Assembly: GCF_009834535.1 (NCBI RefSeq)
Contig: NC_045716.1
Coordinates: forward strand, 17,918,001-17,982,000
Length of the DNA: 64,000 nt
Origin: Camelus ferus
Lineage: Eukaryota
Direction of reading: 5' to 3'
The notes beneath the pieces were generated by a model. The model made no database searches. It was not told where the DNA came from and saw only the letters and a list, made by a program, of their open reading frames with translations. Positions within the stretch are counted from its first letter, which is position 1. The number at the start of each line of letters is the position of its first letter. The position numbers were made by a program, and so were the translations under genes. Positions 25,154-36,723 of this stretch are shown one piece after another.

Positions 25154-27681
25154 NNNNNNNNNNNNNNNNNNNNNNNNNNNNNNNNNNNNNNNNNNNNNNN
25201 NNNNNNNNNNNNNNNNNNNNNNNNNNNNNNNNNNNNNNNNNNNNNNNNNNTTCTCCAGCACAGCACCCACACACCAGTTACTATCCACCAAGCCTGTTGG
25301 GGAAGAGGATATAGACTAGGTTATTTAACAGGGCTTGGAGAAAGGGGTCGGCAGAAGTAAGGCGGAGCTTCCTTCCCACTGTCTCCCCAGTCCCTCAGCA
25401 CCTCTGAATGTCATCTGAATAAGCCTCACCTCTAAACACCATGTTGGCCTGGGGCAGAGTCAGGTGGTAACCAAAGGAGAAGGTTGTGTCTTGTAGCCTT
25501 GTGTTTGCCTCAAACTCCACTCCAACCTGAACCTGAGAACCAAGGGGAAGGATGGGAGAGGGATCTGTCTCAATGAAGACTAGAGGAGTCTTTACAGGGC
25601 ATCAGCAGAATGAAGGCATGTGTGAAATGTATGTGTAGTGTGGGGAGGAAGAACAGTTGGTCAGTAGGGCCTGTGGAGGGAGATCCAGAGCAACTTGCAG
25701 GTGTGGGGGACAGGATCAGGAGACTCACCTGTTCATTTGCCCTGTGGTAATAACTTGCATGGGCCCCACCTGATCCCACATTCAATGTAGCTACCCAGTG
25801 TACAGCTGTGAAAAACAAAGTACAAGAGAAAAGAAATGTTACTGTATTAGGACACAGGCCAGGAACCCCAGCCAAGCTCAGGATTTCCCTCCCCATCNNN
25901 NNNNNNNNNNNNNNNNNNNNNNNNNNNNNNNNNNNNNNNNNNNNNNNNNNNNNNNNNNNNNNNNNNNNNNNNNNNNNNNNNNNNNNNNNNNNNNNNNNNN
26001 NNNNNNNNNNNNNNNNNNNNNNNNNNNNNNNNNNNNNNNNNNNNNNNNNNNNNNNNNNNNNCACAGAGTCAGTCATAGAGACAGGCCTGCTCCCTCACCT
26101 CAGCAGTCCCCACCCCAGCCTGCCCAAGAAGTTTCTTTTCTAATCCCTGAACTGTACAGACAGTGAAGAGGCAGAGCCAACATGAGCAAGTGGGCAGCCA
26201 AGATGAATAGAACCCTGTGCCAATTCCTCACCCGATTCCCCGATCAGGTCAGGATTTCCCAGGGTCAGAGTGGCTGTGTAGTCATCTCCCCGATACTCGC
26301 CATCAAACTGCCATGTCAGGAATTTGGCCTGCTGTGTCTGGGTAGGAACAGCAAGAAGTAAAATCTCTCTCCCTATTTAGGATCACTATAGCCTCTGCTC
26401 CTCCTCCTAGAGCCCCCAGGGCAGGACACTCATGGAGGAGAAAGAGGAAATGCTTCAGTGTCTGAAGGCAGGAACCATGGGTCACCTGGAAGACAGCCTT
26501 GGCTCGGAGCCGCTCTGCCAGGAGGAGCAGGACCTGGGCATTGAGGCTACCACTGCTGTCCATATCCCCTACCACAGTGGGGAACACCTGTTGAAGAGTG
26601 TAGACAGTAAGACTGAGCTGGGTGGCAGGATTCAGCCTAAATCCAACTTCAGGATTTCTTTCACAGTACCCAGCGCCCCCTGGTGGAGCCACAAAGACGA
26701 ACTCTCAGCTCCTCACAGAAATGTTTCCCCACCCTCTCCCATTCAGAAGAAACCATTCTTCCCCATAACACACACATTTCCTCCTCCTCTACACCTGGGT
26801 CCCAGCTGGGCTTTTAGGGAGATAACCCAAGTGTGGGGAGCCCTCACCTCAGTGGGGCTAAGTTGCCAATCCCCTGCATAGGCTGCATGGAGGTGGTAGC
26901 CGGGCAAGCCCAGAGCACTCATGTGCACAGTGTGAGCCACCTAGAGAAAGAGAAATCAATAGAGGAGAAGCATTCCTGCTCCATTTCAATCCCCGTCCCA
27001 CTCTTCATCTTCTCCCCACCCAGACATTCCAACATATACAGATTAAAAGCAACAAGTCCCACAGGCAAAGGAAGTAAAGAGAGCCCCCACATCCTCCCTC
27101 TTTGTTCCCTATAGCCTGGCTAAGGCTGGAGTACAAAGGAAAGGAAAAGGAGATCCAGGNNNNNNNNNNNNNNNNNNNNNNNNNNNNNNNNNNNNNNNNN
27201 NNNNNNNNNNNNNNNNNNNNNNNNNNNNNNNNNNNNNNNNNNNNNNNNNNNNNNNNNNNNNNNNNNNNNNNNNNNNNNNNNNNNNNNNNNNNNNNNNNNN
27301 NNNNNNNNNNNNNNNNNNNNNNNNNNNNNNACCCCAAGAAGTAGTCTCCCCTTTCAATCCCACAGAAAGTGCTTTGGAGAAATTGACCTCCTTTCAAGTC
27401 CTGCAACGGGAAATGCTCCACTCCATTGGGGAACTTGAACCTCACTGGGGCTGGATGCCCCAGCTGTGATCTCCCCTTTTCTGCTCCGATCACTGGACAC
27501 CCAGCACTCAAGACCCTCCCCTTCTCTGCCCCTTCAACTTGAGACACACAAATGACAAGTTCTCACCTTTGCATAGCCGGTGCAGCTCATCGAAGCTCCC
27601 AGGGTTGGGAAGAGGTTCCTCTCGACGGGGGCTCCGGCGGGGCAAAGCACCCATTGGTGCTAGGCCCAGTGTGTTCCCCAT
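25154..27681 (-). CDS. TOMM40L: Mitochondrial import receptor TOM40B / TOMM40-like; partly in gaps (3' end coordinate inferred)
   Basis: Visible coding exons 27567-27681 ([15 protein letters not shown]), 26848-26940, 26486-26587, 26232-26337, 25729-25805, 25430-25532, and 25293 down into the gap at 25250 ([14 protein letters not shown]). Missing exons 3 and 7 fit in gaps 27160-27330 and 25898-26061; the stop lies in gap 25086-25250. Confidence 0.95.
26673..26686 (-). promoter_or_regulatory. Consensus CTCF core motif in a TOMM40L intron
   Basis: Plus GCGCCCCCTGGTGG = minus CCACCAGGGGGCGC, exact match to the canonical core. Confidence 0.65.
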
Positions 27682-28037
27682 TTCATTCCAGAGGACATGG
27701 GAGGAGCCTGGGTTGGCCTGGGAAAGGACTCTATAGCTTCCTCTACCCACCACGGGCCCCACCCCCCATTATCCGACTCCCCAGTCCCAGAAACTTCCAC
27801 ATGGTCCAACGCTAGACCAGGAACAGGAGGTGTGGGGAGAGAGGGCACCGGTAGGGAGTTTGAACCCCAGGCACACTCCCATCCCATCTTTAATCCCTCA
27901 CCCCTACCTGTCACCCCTGTCTCCTCCCCCACTCTCTAATCCTAGTCCCCGCCACAGACCTCACCCAACTTCCTAGTCTTTCTACTCCTCATTCCTAGGC
28001 CCCAAGGCGAGGCTTGCAATGGAGCAATAGCCCTTAC

Positions 28038-28280
28038 CTTCTCAGACCATCATGCTGCCCCTTTCCCCCCGGCACACCCCGGTCATCTTGATGGGGGCAG
28101 CCATCTTGAGTGATGGCAGAACTGCGGCTTCACCCTGCATTCCCAGCGCGGCCATGAGCGCCATCTTGGAACCGGGCGTAAAAAAAGATTTCAAAGACCC
28201 AACCCTCCCTTGATTGTGCGCCGCCCAATCGATTAAAGAAAAAGAAAAAAGCTGCCTCGATCTCCCAGGGGCCAATGGGA
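28038..28280 (-). promoter_or_regulatory. TOMM40L: TOMM40L non-coding exon 1 and promoter
   Basis: Donor GAAG|gtaagg at 28038/28037; CpG cluster; YY1-like CAAGATGGC twice (about 28100-28108 and 28160-28168); CCAAT at about 28224 and 28273. Exon 2 acceptor ctag| at 27811. Confidence 0.65.
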
Positions 28281-29119
28281 GAGAAGGAAGCAAAGGAATG
28301 GCAGACCTCGCATCCAGAGAGGTCTAACCCCGGTACTGCAGAGACAGACGGGATTTGATAGGTCCTTAGACTGACTCTGGTAGGTGGCCTTAGATAGCCC
28401 TGCCTCTCCAAGGTCGGGAAAAACCTTTAAGCGTACAAGACACTAGAGGGAGCATCTTGGAGCTTGAGCCACTGAAGTCCATTCCACCACATAGCCTGGA
28501 TACGTGTTTTTGAAGGGTGGCCCAGGAAACGACTGTAAAAGCTTCTTTCGAACAGAACACTGCTTCATACCACTCCTGGGCGCACCCCACCCCCACCCCA
28601 CAGGAACCCCTGGGGACTCCTCATCACAGTTCTTCACAGTATACGGTACACCTCCAAATGAGTCCTAGTCTCAGGTACAGCTCTCTCGAGGAAAATGGAG
28701 CCACACTTCCCTCCTGGAGGTCTACACCTCTCAAAGTTCGGCCCCTTGTCCCCTCGATGGAATGGGAATAAGTGTGAGAGTTTGGGGTAGAGGAGCAGGG
28801 GCTGCAGCCTTAGTTCTAGCAGAACAAGTCCCTGAAACAGCTGACCCCTATAGTTAATCCTTCCTTCCCTGATCCCCCAGGCAGAGCTGGCAAATAATAT
28901 CTAGGAATACGGACTCCTGACTTCAAATGCACTCCACTACAAAGCCACGAACAAATTAATGGCATGCCCTTCAAGTACTAAGTGCTCCACAGAGAAATAA
29001 TTGAAGATGGAGTATGATTTCTTGGACTCTGGTCACCTTCCTCACTAGCACTCACATGTCCACTCCCATCTCTTAGGAATGTTCTACATACACTTTGAGG
29101 GCAAAACGATGAAGGATAC

Positions 29120-30186
29120 GAATTCTTCTGATATCTGGCTGATTTCACCCAAATGCCTTGGGCCTAGAAGTGTACTTCTGCCCTCCCTCACAGTCAGGGT
29201 TGGGATAAGGACTGGGGCCTTGGTCAAAGGGATGCTATGGTCCCTGCTGACACACATTGGCTGACCACCACCTAGAATTGGTAAGGTGATCCAAATGACC
29301 AAAGACCTCCCAACTTTATCCTTGGTGGAAGCCTCTCAACTCACCTTTTTTCCTGCCAGAGCACTCTAATTGGGAGGGGGAGGACAGAGGCTGCTTTCTG
29401 AATTTGTTTTATTGGGGGTGGGCTGTGCTCATTTATCAGCACTCAGGAAGGTCATTCTTGGCTCTAGTGGTTTCTCCCTGGTCTCATTACACATTAACTT
29501 AAAAAGGGGCAGAATCAATCACACTTGCCCTCTGACCCAAGCCAGCATTCCCCTCACCCCTGCCCCTGATTTCATCTCCTTTCTTCTTTCTTCTGTTCCC
29601 CAATACCTCTCTGCCAAGTTGCAGCAAAAGGGGATTAGGGTTGGGAGCTGAAATCTACCCGTAACGGAACAAAGATGCTAAGGGCTNNNNNNNNNNNNNN
29701 NNNNNNNNNNNNNNNNNNNNNNNNNNNNNNNNNNNNNNNNNNNNNNNNNNNNNNNNNNNNNNNNNNNNNNNNNNNNNNNNNNNNNNNNNNNNNNNNNNNN
29801 NNNNNNNNNNNNNNNNNNNNNNNNNNNNNNNNNNNNNNNNNNNNNNNNNNNNNNNNNNNNNNNNNNNNNNCCTGCAGCATTCAAATCCAAGGACTACTAG
29901 CCTCAGCCTCAAAAGGAATGAATCTTGAATAGGCCTAAAGTATGCCCCCTTGGCATGCACTAAGGCCTGCACCCCCTGCCTCCCGTCCAGTCCCCATGAG
30001 TCCCCCCACGTGCTTGTCCTCTCCTTCCCCATTTCTCCAGCTTGTTTACTCCAACATGGCCCCTGCCCCACTGGGCCCTTCCAAAGTCCTTGTCACCTGA
30101 CATGGGGGTGGGGAAGCAGACAGATATATGGTCCCTGCCTCCCAGTCAGGCCAGGCACAGACGGCAAGGACAGTGACGTCGACTAG
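29120..30186 (+). promoter_or_regulatory. APOA2: APOA2 hepatic enhancer, promoter and non-coding exon 1
   Basis: HNF1-type ATTACACATTAAC 29486-29498; FOXA-type TGTTTAC 30043-30049; E-box GTCACCTGAC 30092-30101; TATA-like TATAT 30125-30129; exon 1 donor gactag|gtacag at 30186. Gap 29687-29870 hides part. Confidence 0.7.
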
Positions 30187-30375
30187 GTACAGTAAGGGAG
30201 CAAGAGGTGTGGGCAGCATCCAAAGGGGACCAGGTTTTAATTGTGGAAGGGGAGGGAACAAGGTTGGTGTGGATATGTAGGTAGGGGTCCCTGGGGAGGG
30301 GCTGAAGCCCATTCAGCTTCAGTGTCCTCCCCTACCCCCAACTGTTTGCAGGCCACTTTCCCCACTGTTAACACC

Positions 30376-30672
30376 ATGAAGCTGCTTGCAGTGACTGTGC
30401 TGCTCCTCACCATCTGTAGCCTTGAAGGTGTGTGTGATACGGGGACGGGTCCCAAGGAGGAGAAGGTGCTTGGGTCCTAGCTGTTTATCAGACTGTGCTC
30501 CTATGCCCAGGTCTGGCAACCAGGGAGCTTAAAAGGAAAATCATCCCCTCTCTAAAGCCCAGAAAGCCCATCCAAAGACCTGGAGCTGGATACCTGTTTG
30601 GGGAGAGGGCTGAGAGCTGGGGCTGGATACTGGCAGAGAAGTGGGACCCATTGTTGGGGACCCAGCTAAGAA

Positions 30673-30706
<34 letters not shown>

Positions 30707-31335
30707 CTGTGTGTGTGCAGGGGCTTTGGTTCGGAGACAGGCAGAGGAGCCAAGTCTGCAGAGCCTGGTCTCTCAGTACTTCCAGACCGTGACCGACTAT
30801 GGCAAGGACCTGGTAGAGAAGGCCAAGGGCTCAGAGCTTCAAACCCAGGCCAAGTAAGTCTCAGCAAAAGGGGTTCAGGGACCAGGGGGCTGTGGAGAGA
30901 AAGAAGGGAAGCCAGGAGGTCCCACAAAGTCTGAGCTCATGAGTCGGGTTTAGGGAGGATGGGATTTAAATTGGAGAGAAAATTCCTTGATCACCCCATA
31001 GATCCCATGGACTTCTTGGGCAGCAGGAACTGGGCTTTGAATTTCTATCTCTCGGGTCTATTACTATGCTCGGTGGAGGGCTTACCTCTCCTCCTAGGAG
31101 CTTTGCCATGCCAAGACAGACCAAGCACTAGAGTTTGGGGACTTGGGTCTCACCTCCCACCACCACCAAGGTCCCTGCCAATTCTTCACGGTGACTTCTA
31201 ATCCCTTACATATCCAGGGCTTACTTTGAGAAGACACAGAAGCAGCTGACACCCCTGGTCAAGAAGGCTGGAACTGATCTGATTAACTTCCTGAGCAATT
31301 TCATGGACCTCAAAACACAGCCTCCTGCCCAGTGA
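30376..31335 (+). CDS. APOA2: Apolipoprotein A-II precursor, 100 aa
   Basis: Exons 30376-30427, 30721-30853, 31218-31335 (303 nt): [100 protein letters not shown]. Confidence 0.98.
30676..30717 (+). repeat. APOA2: (TG)14 TTTC (TG)5 repeat forming the APOA2 intron 2 acceptor
   Basis: Directly visible, immediately before CAG at 30718-30720. Confidence 0.95.
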
Positions 31336-31431
31336 GATGTCTAGACCATTATCTTCCATCCCCAGCGGGCCTCTTGAATACCGACGGGCCAGACCTAGAG
31401 CTCCTTTCCCCACCCAGTCCTTGTTTTCTAC

Positions 31432-31437
31432 AATAAA
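31432..31437 (+). terminator. APOA2: APOA2 polyadenylation signal AATAAA
   Basis: AATAAA 97 nt after the stop codon. Confidence 0.8.
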
Positions 31438-31959
31438 TACTGAAGGAGTCAAGTTGTGAGCCTGGTATGTTTTGGGGACTGAGAGAAATAGGGATAGTGA
31501 GGGAGGAATCGTGGGGAGAACAAAGAGAAATCTGCTTCTAACAGGAGATGGGTTTTGGTGTGAAGGGGTGGGGAAAGGGTTGAAAAAAATAAATGATGGA
31601 AGTGACAACGTGGGGGTGCCCGTAAGTCTTCTCCAAATCCAAGGAATCTTCCTACAGTCCTGGAAACACCCCTGTTGGGGAGAATAAAGAGCCTTTGCCT
31701 TGGACATGGAACCATGAAAAGCATGAAGGATTCATGAACCGAATCCCTAGACTCCTGGAGGTCACAGGAAATGACAACACCCGTCAGAATTTCCTCTGTC
31801 ATACTATGAAGAGGAGAAAGCTTCCCAAAAATGAGCCCAAAGGTGTCACCCAAGGCCCCCTCTTCCCTTCTGAGCCAGAAGAACGCTGTGCTTCCTCTTA
31901 TCCTGCAGTAAGATCTGGGTTCACTCCTCTCCCCAAAAGGGCTCTAATCCTTCCATTTA

Positions 31960-32067
31960 TTTTATTATTATTATTTTTTAATGGAGGCACTGGTACTGGG
32001 GATTGAACCCCGGACCTTGTGCATGCTAAGCATGTGCTCTGCCACTGAGTTTTACCCATCCCCCTAA
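31960..32067 (-). mobile_element. Vic-1-like SINE with 15-bp TSD
   Basis: ggggattgaaccc (B box, reversed), ccactgagt; TAATCCTTCCATTTA at 31945-31959 and 32068-32082. Confidence 0.8.
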
Positions 32068-33579
32068 TAATCCTTCCATTTAAAACCTCTCACCTAGACC
32101 CCCCTGTCTGGGGAACACCCATTCCAAGCTTCTCCCCCACTATTATGTGGGTGCTATTCTGGCCTAAGTTCTGGTAGCCATCTTAGAGCCTGGAACCAGT
32201 AGATGCGACAGCCACTTAAAGGCCTGACAGGTCTTCAACTTGGTAGACATGTGGGCCTTGAGAAACTTTGGTAGCTGTGATACCTGGATTAAATCAAAAT
32301 GGAATGGAAATCAGGCTGGACTGATGCAGGAAACTCACAATCCCAAAATGGGAAAATGAGCATTTTTCCAATAAAACTTTATTTCTACTTTATCTTTAAA
32401 ATCGTTTCTTCCCTATCCTGACTCATTTCTCATATCTCATCTGAAATCACCTTTTCCCAGACACCAGAGATGGCTCCAATTTCTTCTTTATATTAATCAG
32501 CCTCTTCAGTCTGGCCTTCAAGACCCTCACCACTTACGATTACTTTCTTCCCCTTTCTTTCTTGGTGTCTTTTTTTTTTTCCCTCACATGGCAAAATGTG
32601 CAGGGACAGAGATATGTCTGTCACTTGCCAGATGACCTTGGACAGGTTAATTAACTTCAAAGAGCCTGAATTTACTCACAGGGTTAGTGAGTAGATCAAA
32701 TGGTACAATAAGCTGGAAAACATATTGGAAAGTGTAAGTCACCATGCAGTGCAAAGTATTGCAAAGTATGGAGACTTGCTGGGGTAAGCCTGGGGACTCT
32801 AGACCCATTTGGTCAGGGCTGCTGGGTCACAAGTAGGACTGGCAGTCTCTGATGAGTTTCAGATACTTCCAGGGAACCCTGCCTAGAAACAGGACAGGCA
32901 TTGACAAGGGGGTTTCCTTCACTGCTCACCCATGTGTTCGGAGAAGCTGACCTCCTATCTGGACCAGACTTGTTCTCCTTTGCCTTACCCACCTCCAACC
33001 CCTATCTGGCCCCTCAGGTCCCTCTTGTCCCAGAATCCACTGAAAACTCACTGTTCTCATAAAGCCTTCCATTAGGAGTGTCACACAAGCTTTCAACACA
33101 CCATCCCATTTGTGTGTTTGGCTTTTCAGCTATGCTAATGCCTGTATGTGTGTATATTAAGAGCTGTGTTCACACTGCTCCCTGAAGCCCACTCTCATCT
33201 GGATTGGTGACTATTTGGGGTTGGACAGCCAGGCTTTCCCACAACCCAGCCTTGTTTCAGTTGTCAGACACAGGAGGCCAGGATGGGTACAGAAGTCATT
33301 TCTTGGGTTCAAATGTCTCTGAATGTGCCTAGACTCTCAATACATTACTTCCTGTTCCAGTTCCATGCTAGAGAATGAAGGGGTCCTTCCCCAAGTCACA
33401 GTCAACATTCATCCCTTAATCAAGCAAAACAGCCCTGAAGTCTACTAACCTGTGAACTCTGGAAGGTCAGGAACTGAGTTTGCCTTACTCAAAATGTCTT
33501 CAGTAACCAGTCTAGACTAGTAGAGGCTTAATAAGTATATGTTAAATGAATGAATGACTAGAGTCCAGTCTGTGGTGGC

Positions 33580-33585
33580 TTTATT
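33580..33585 (-). terminator. FCER1G: FCER1G polyadenylation signal AATAAA
   Basis: tttatt on plus, 240 nt past the stop codon. Confidence 0.7.
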
Positions 33586-33824
33586 GATGACAGTTCCTTT
33601 CCATTGTTTAGTGGGAGTTGAAATGGAGAAGAGGGGAAGGGTGGTGTAAGTGGGTGAGACTAGAATATAAACATTGATGAAGAGCATCTGAGGTCTTTGA
33701 CAGAGAGGTGTCTATTAATGAGGGGTGGGGGTATAGGGTCATTACAGGGATAGGGTCAGCTGCCAACCATGAGGGCTGGGAGGAGAGTGGAAGAAGGATG
33801 TGTCCAAGGGCATCTGTTCTAAGG

Positions 33825-36723
33825 TTATTGTGGTGGTTTCTCATGCTTCAGGGTCTCATAAGTCTCCTGGTGCCGGGTGCTCAGGCCCTGGAGGTAGAGG
33901 TCAGAGGATAGTCAGGAGCTTGAGTCCATCACAGGGCCCATCCCACCCCTACAGGCCCTACCCCTTCCAAAGGTCACTCAAAAGCCCACTCTTTTTTGCT
34001 GACTTCCTGGGACTGGGGTAGGGGGTTGGGGAGGCAGGTTCACTCACCGTGTAAACACCATCTGATTTCTGCAGAGGCAAAAGGGACAAGGCATTAGAGC
34101 TCACACCTCTCACAGGGCCCCTCAGCATCTTCTCACCACCCAGGGAAGTCTCTGGCCAGGGGTGGCCCCTTTGGACCAGAGGGTACTGACATGGGTACTC
34201 TGGGGCATGAATGCACATTTGCCCACATGGCTACAAACACATATACATTCAACATACAACTCTCTCATGTACTCATTGTCACACTGCACTTGACTCTTCC
34301 TCATCACCTGCTGAACATTTCACTTGTGACTTGGCTAGGTAGCAGTGTAGTTAGGAGGAGGTGGGAGGAGGACCTCAGAAGCTTATACAGATCAGCACCT
34401 TAGTGTCATGCCCCTACCCCCAGAAGCCACAGACCTCAAGGCTAAAGCCCCAGAAGGGCTGAGAGTTTGAAAAATTGTTGAAACCCAGTGGAGGGAGGTT
34501 CCATACCTCATAGCTGGCTATAGCTGCTTTTCGCACCTGGAGCTGGGGTAGGGGAAAGATCATTAGTACAGGCGAAGTTACTGGCCCATCCCCCTTCCCT
34601 CCAAACTTTGTAGGGGAACCATTTTACTCCATCTCCTTGAAGCCCTGCTGCCACCACCCTCCCACTTCTCCTTCCAAGCCCTCACCCCACCCTGCCCCAA
34701 CCTTACCTTGAGTCGGCAGTAGAGCAGGGTGAGGACAATACCATACAAAAACAGGATTGCATCCAGGATATAGCAAAGCTGGGGTTCTCCCAGGGCCGCT
34801 GAGGGGATAGAGGGTACCCGTGGGGTCAGGGGCAGCAGGGAAGATCTGGGACTCAGAGGAGAGAAGGAAAGGGCTCTGGGAGATAGGACAGGGCCTGGAG
34901 GGGCACCCTCCAAGGGAAGAAACTTCATCTTCCTCTCTGGATTCCTATTTCTCTCACCTTTCCCTCTTTTCCCTCACCCCAGGGTGAGGGTAGGACAGAA
35001 AGTGTGAAGGGTTCTGTCATGAAGGAACTGATGGGTACTGAGAGCTGAGGACTTCCTCCTCAGCCCCGAACCCTCTTTTTAGCCCTGTGGGTTCCTCAGG
35101 CACCATTGAGCACTCCATAGTCCTCAAGGGGCCCATTTGAGTTCACTGAACTAAGACTAAAACCTCAGCCTTCGAGGGGTAGTGGGGGGCGGGCAGTGAC
35201 AAATTTCAGAGACGAAACCACAGGAGTGTCTCTGCTAAGTCCTGTGACCTGTGGCTGAGGGCTGGACAGGAAGGATGTGAGCTGGGGAAGGGAGGGAAGG
35301 CAATCACTCTATTATTGGTCATCTAGCCTCAGCCACATTGCTTTCCGTCCTCCTGCAAGACACTTAAATATGTAAAAACAAGATGTCACTTTCCTTGGCT
35401 TTATAGCTACCGATGGCTCTGCACACAGGCTGAATATGTCTTAGCCCAGGTTCAGGAGAATGACCACAAGATGTATGGATTCCGGCTGAGTACTCTGCCC
35501 TGTTACTCACTCACTCTGGGCCACTGAGAGAGGAAGTTTTTAGTTTGCAATTAAAAAAAATCAAATAAGGTCTGAGCTCCAGCTTCTAACAGCTCCAACT
35601 CTTATCAGAAGAGCTCATGGGTGTGTGACTGGTACCCGTATAGTATGTTTTACCCTGTGGCGCTGTTTCACACACAATATTGCATAAATCTCAAAACTTC
35701 CCTGTGAGGGAAAGAAACGTCATCGCCATTTTGTAGGTGATAAGACCAGGGCTCAGAAGAGCTAACTAACTAGATTTAGGGCCAGAGTTAAGTGACAGAG
35801 CTGGAACTCAAATCCAGGTTTTCTGCTTTCAAAGTTTGTGCCCTCTCTTTTCTGCCTCAGTGCCCCAGGTTGCTCATCTCAGGGCAGCAGACTGGCTGCT
35901 TACTTAATCCTTTTCTCCACCGTCACAGCTGGGCTGGTGGAATTCCATCTCAGTCCATCTCTTTTGATTTCCCCACTTTCCCTTAAGTTTCACTAACCCC
36001 TTCCTCTCCAAACCTCAGCTGTAACTATCCCTCTTCAAAACATATACAGACAACCCAAAGAGAGCAGCAAGTGAGATTTCAGAGGGTGAAGCCTCAGAGC
36101 TGCAGAGACCTTTCCATTTCTGCCTCAATTTCTCAGCGGATGCTCGGGTCTCTAGAATTGGGCGTTGTACGCTGCCCACCCTCGTATCAGCCGTTGACGT
36201 GATGGGGTACCTTAGTGATGACCCACAGAAGCAGCAATGAAGTGTTTGACTATCCTTGCCTCACTCCTGAAGACAAGGGCAGGCCCCTGCTTTCCTAAAA
36301 GGGACTTAATAAATATTATTTAACCAACTAGAGATCAGCTCCCAATGGGCATGACCAAAGGCACCCCACAGAAAATACTGACCATGGGAAATGGAGTTTT
36401 CCCCAGACCAGCTTTTCGTATCATACCACCACTCCCCTCCTCTGCCAAACTGAAGCCTTACACGTACATCAGGCCTGAGAAAGCAAGAAGGGGACAAGAA
36501 AGGCAGAAACTATGATTCCTGTAACCTGAGGACTGGATAGGACAGCCTCAGGGTCTCCGTGCCCATCTAGCCGGGGCCAGACTTCCTCCATCTGTCCCTG
36601 CCTCGGCCATCAGACACAGGCCCTTGACTCCCACCCTGTAGCCCAGCTCACTGTCCCTCATCAAACCCTCTCACCTGCTTGTTCAACCAAAAGGAGTAAG
36701 AGGAAGACCACTGCTGGAATCAT
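33825..36723 (-). CDS. FCER1G: High-affinity IgE receptor gamma chain (FcR-gamma), 86 aa
   Basis: Exons 36675-36723, 34707-34798, 34507-34542, 34048-34068, 33825-33887 (261 nt): [86 protein letters not shown]; TM Cys/Asp and ITAM intact. Confidence 0.98.

Noticed and set aside
33864-33872. His in the FCER1G ITAM spacer (STRHQ; human has STRNQ)
   Set aside because: Variable spacer position; both YxxL motifs and their spacing are intact.
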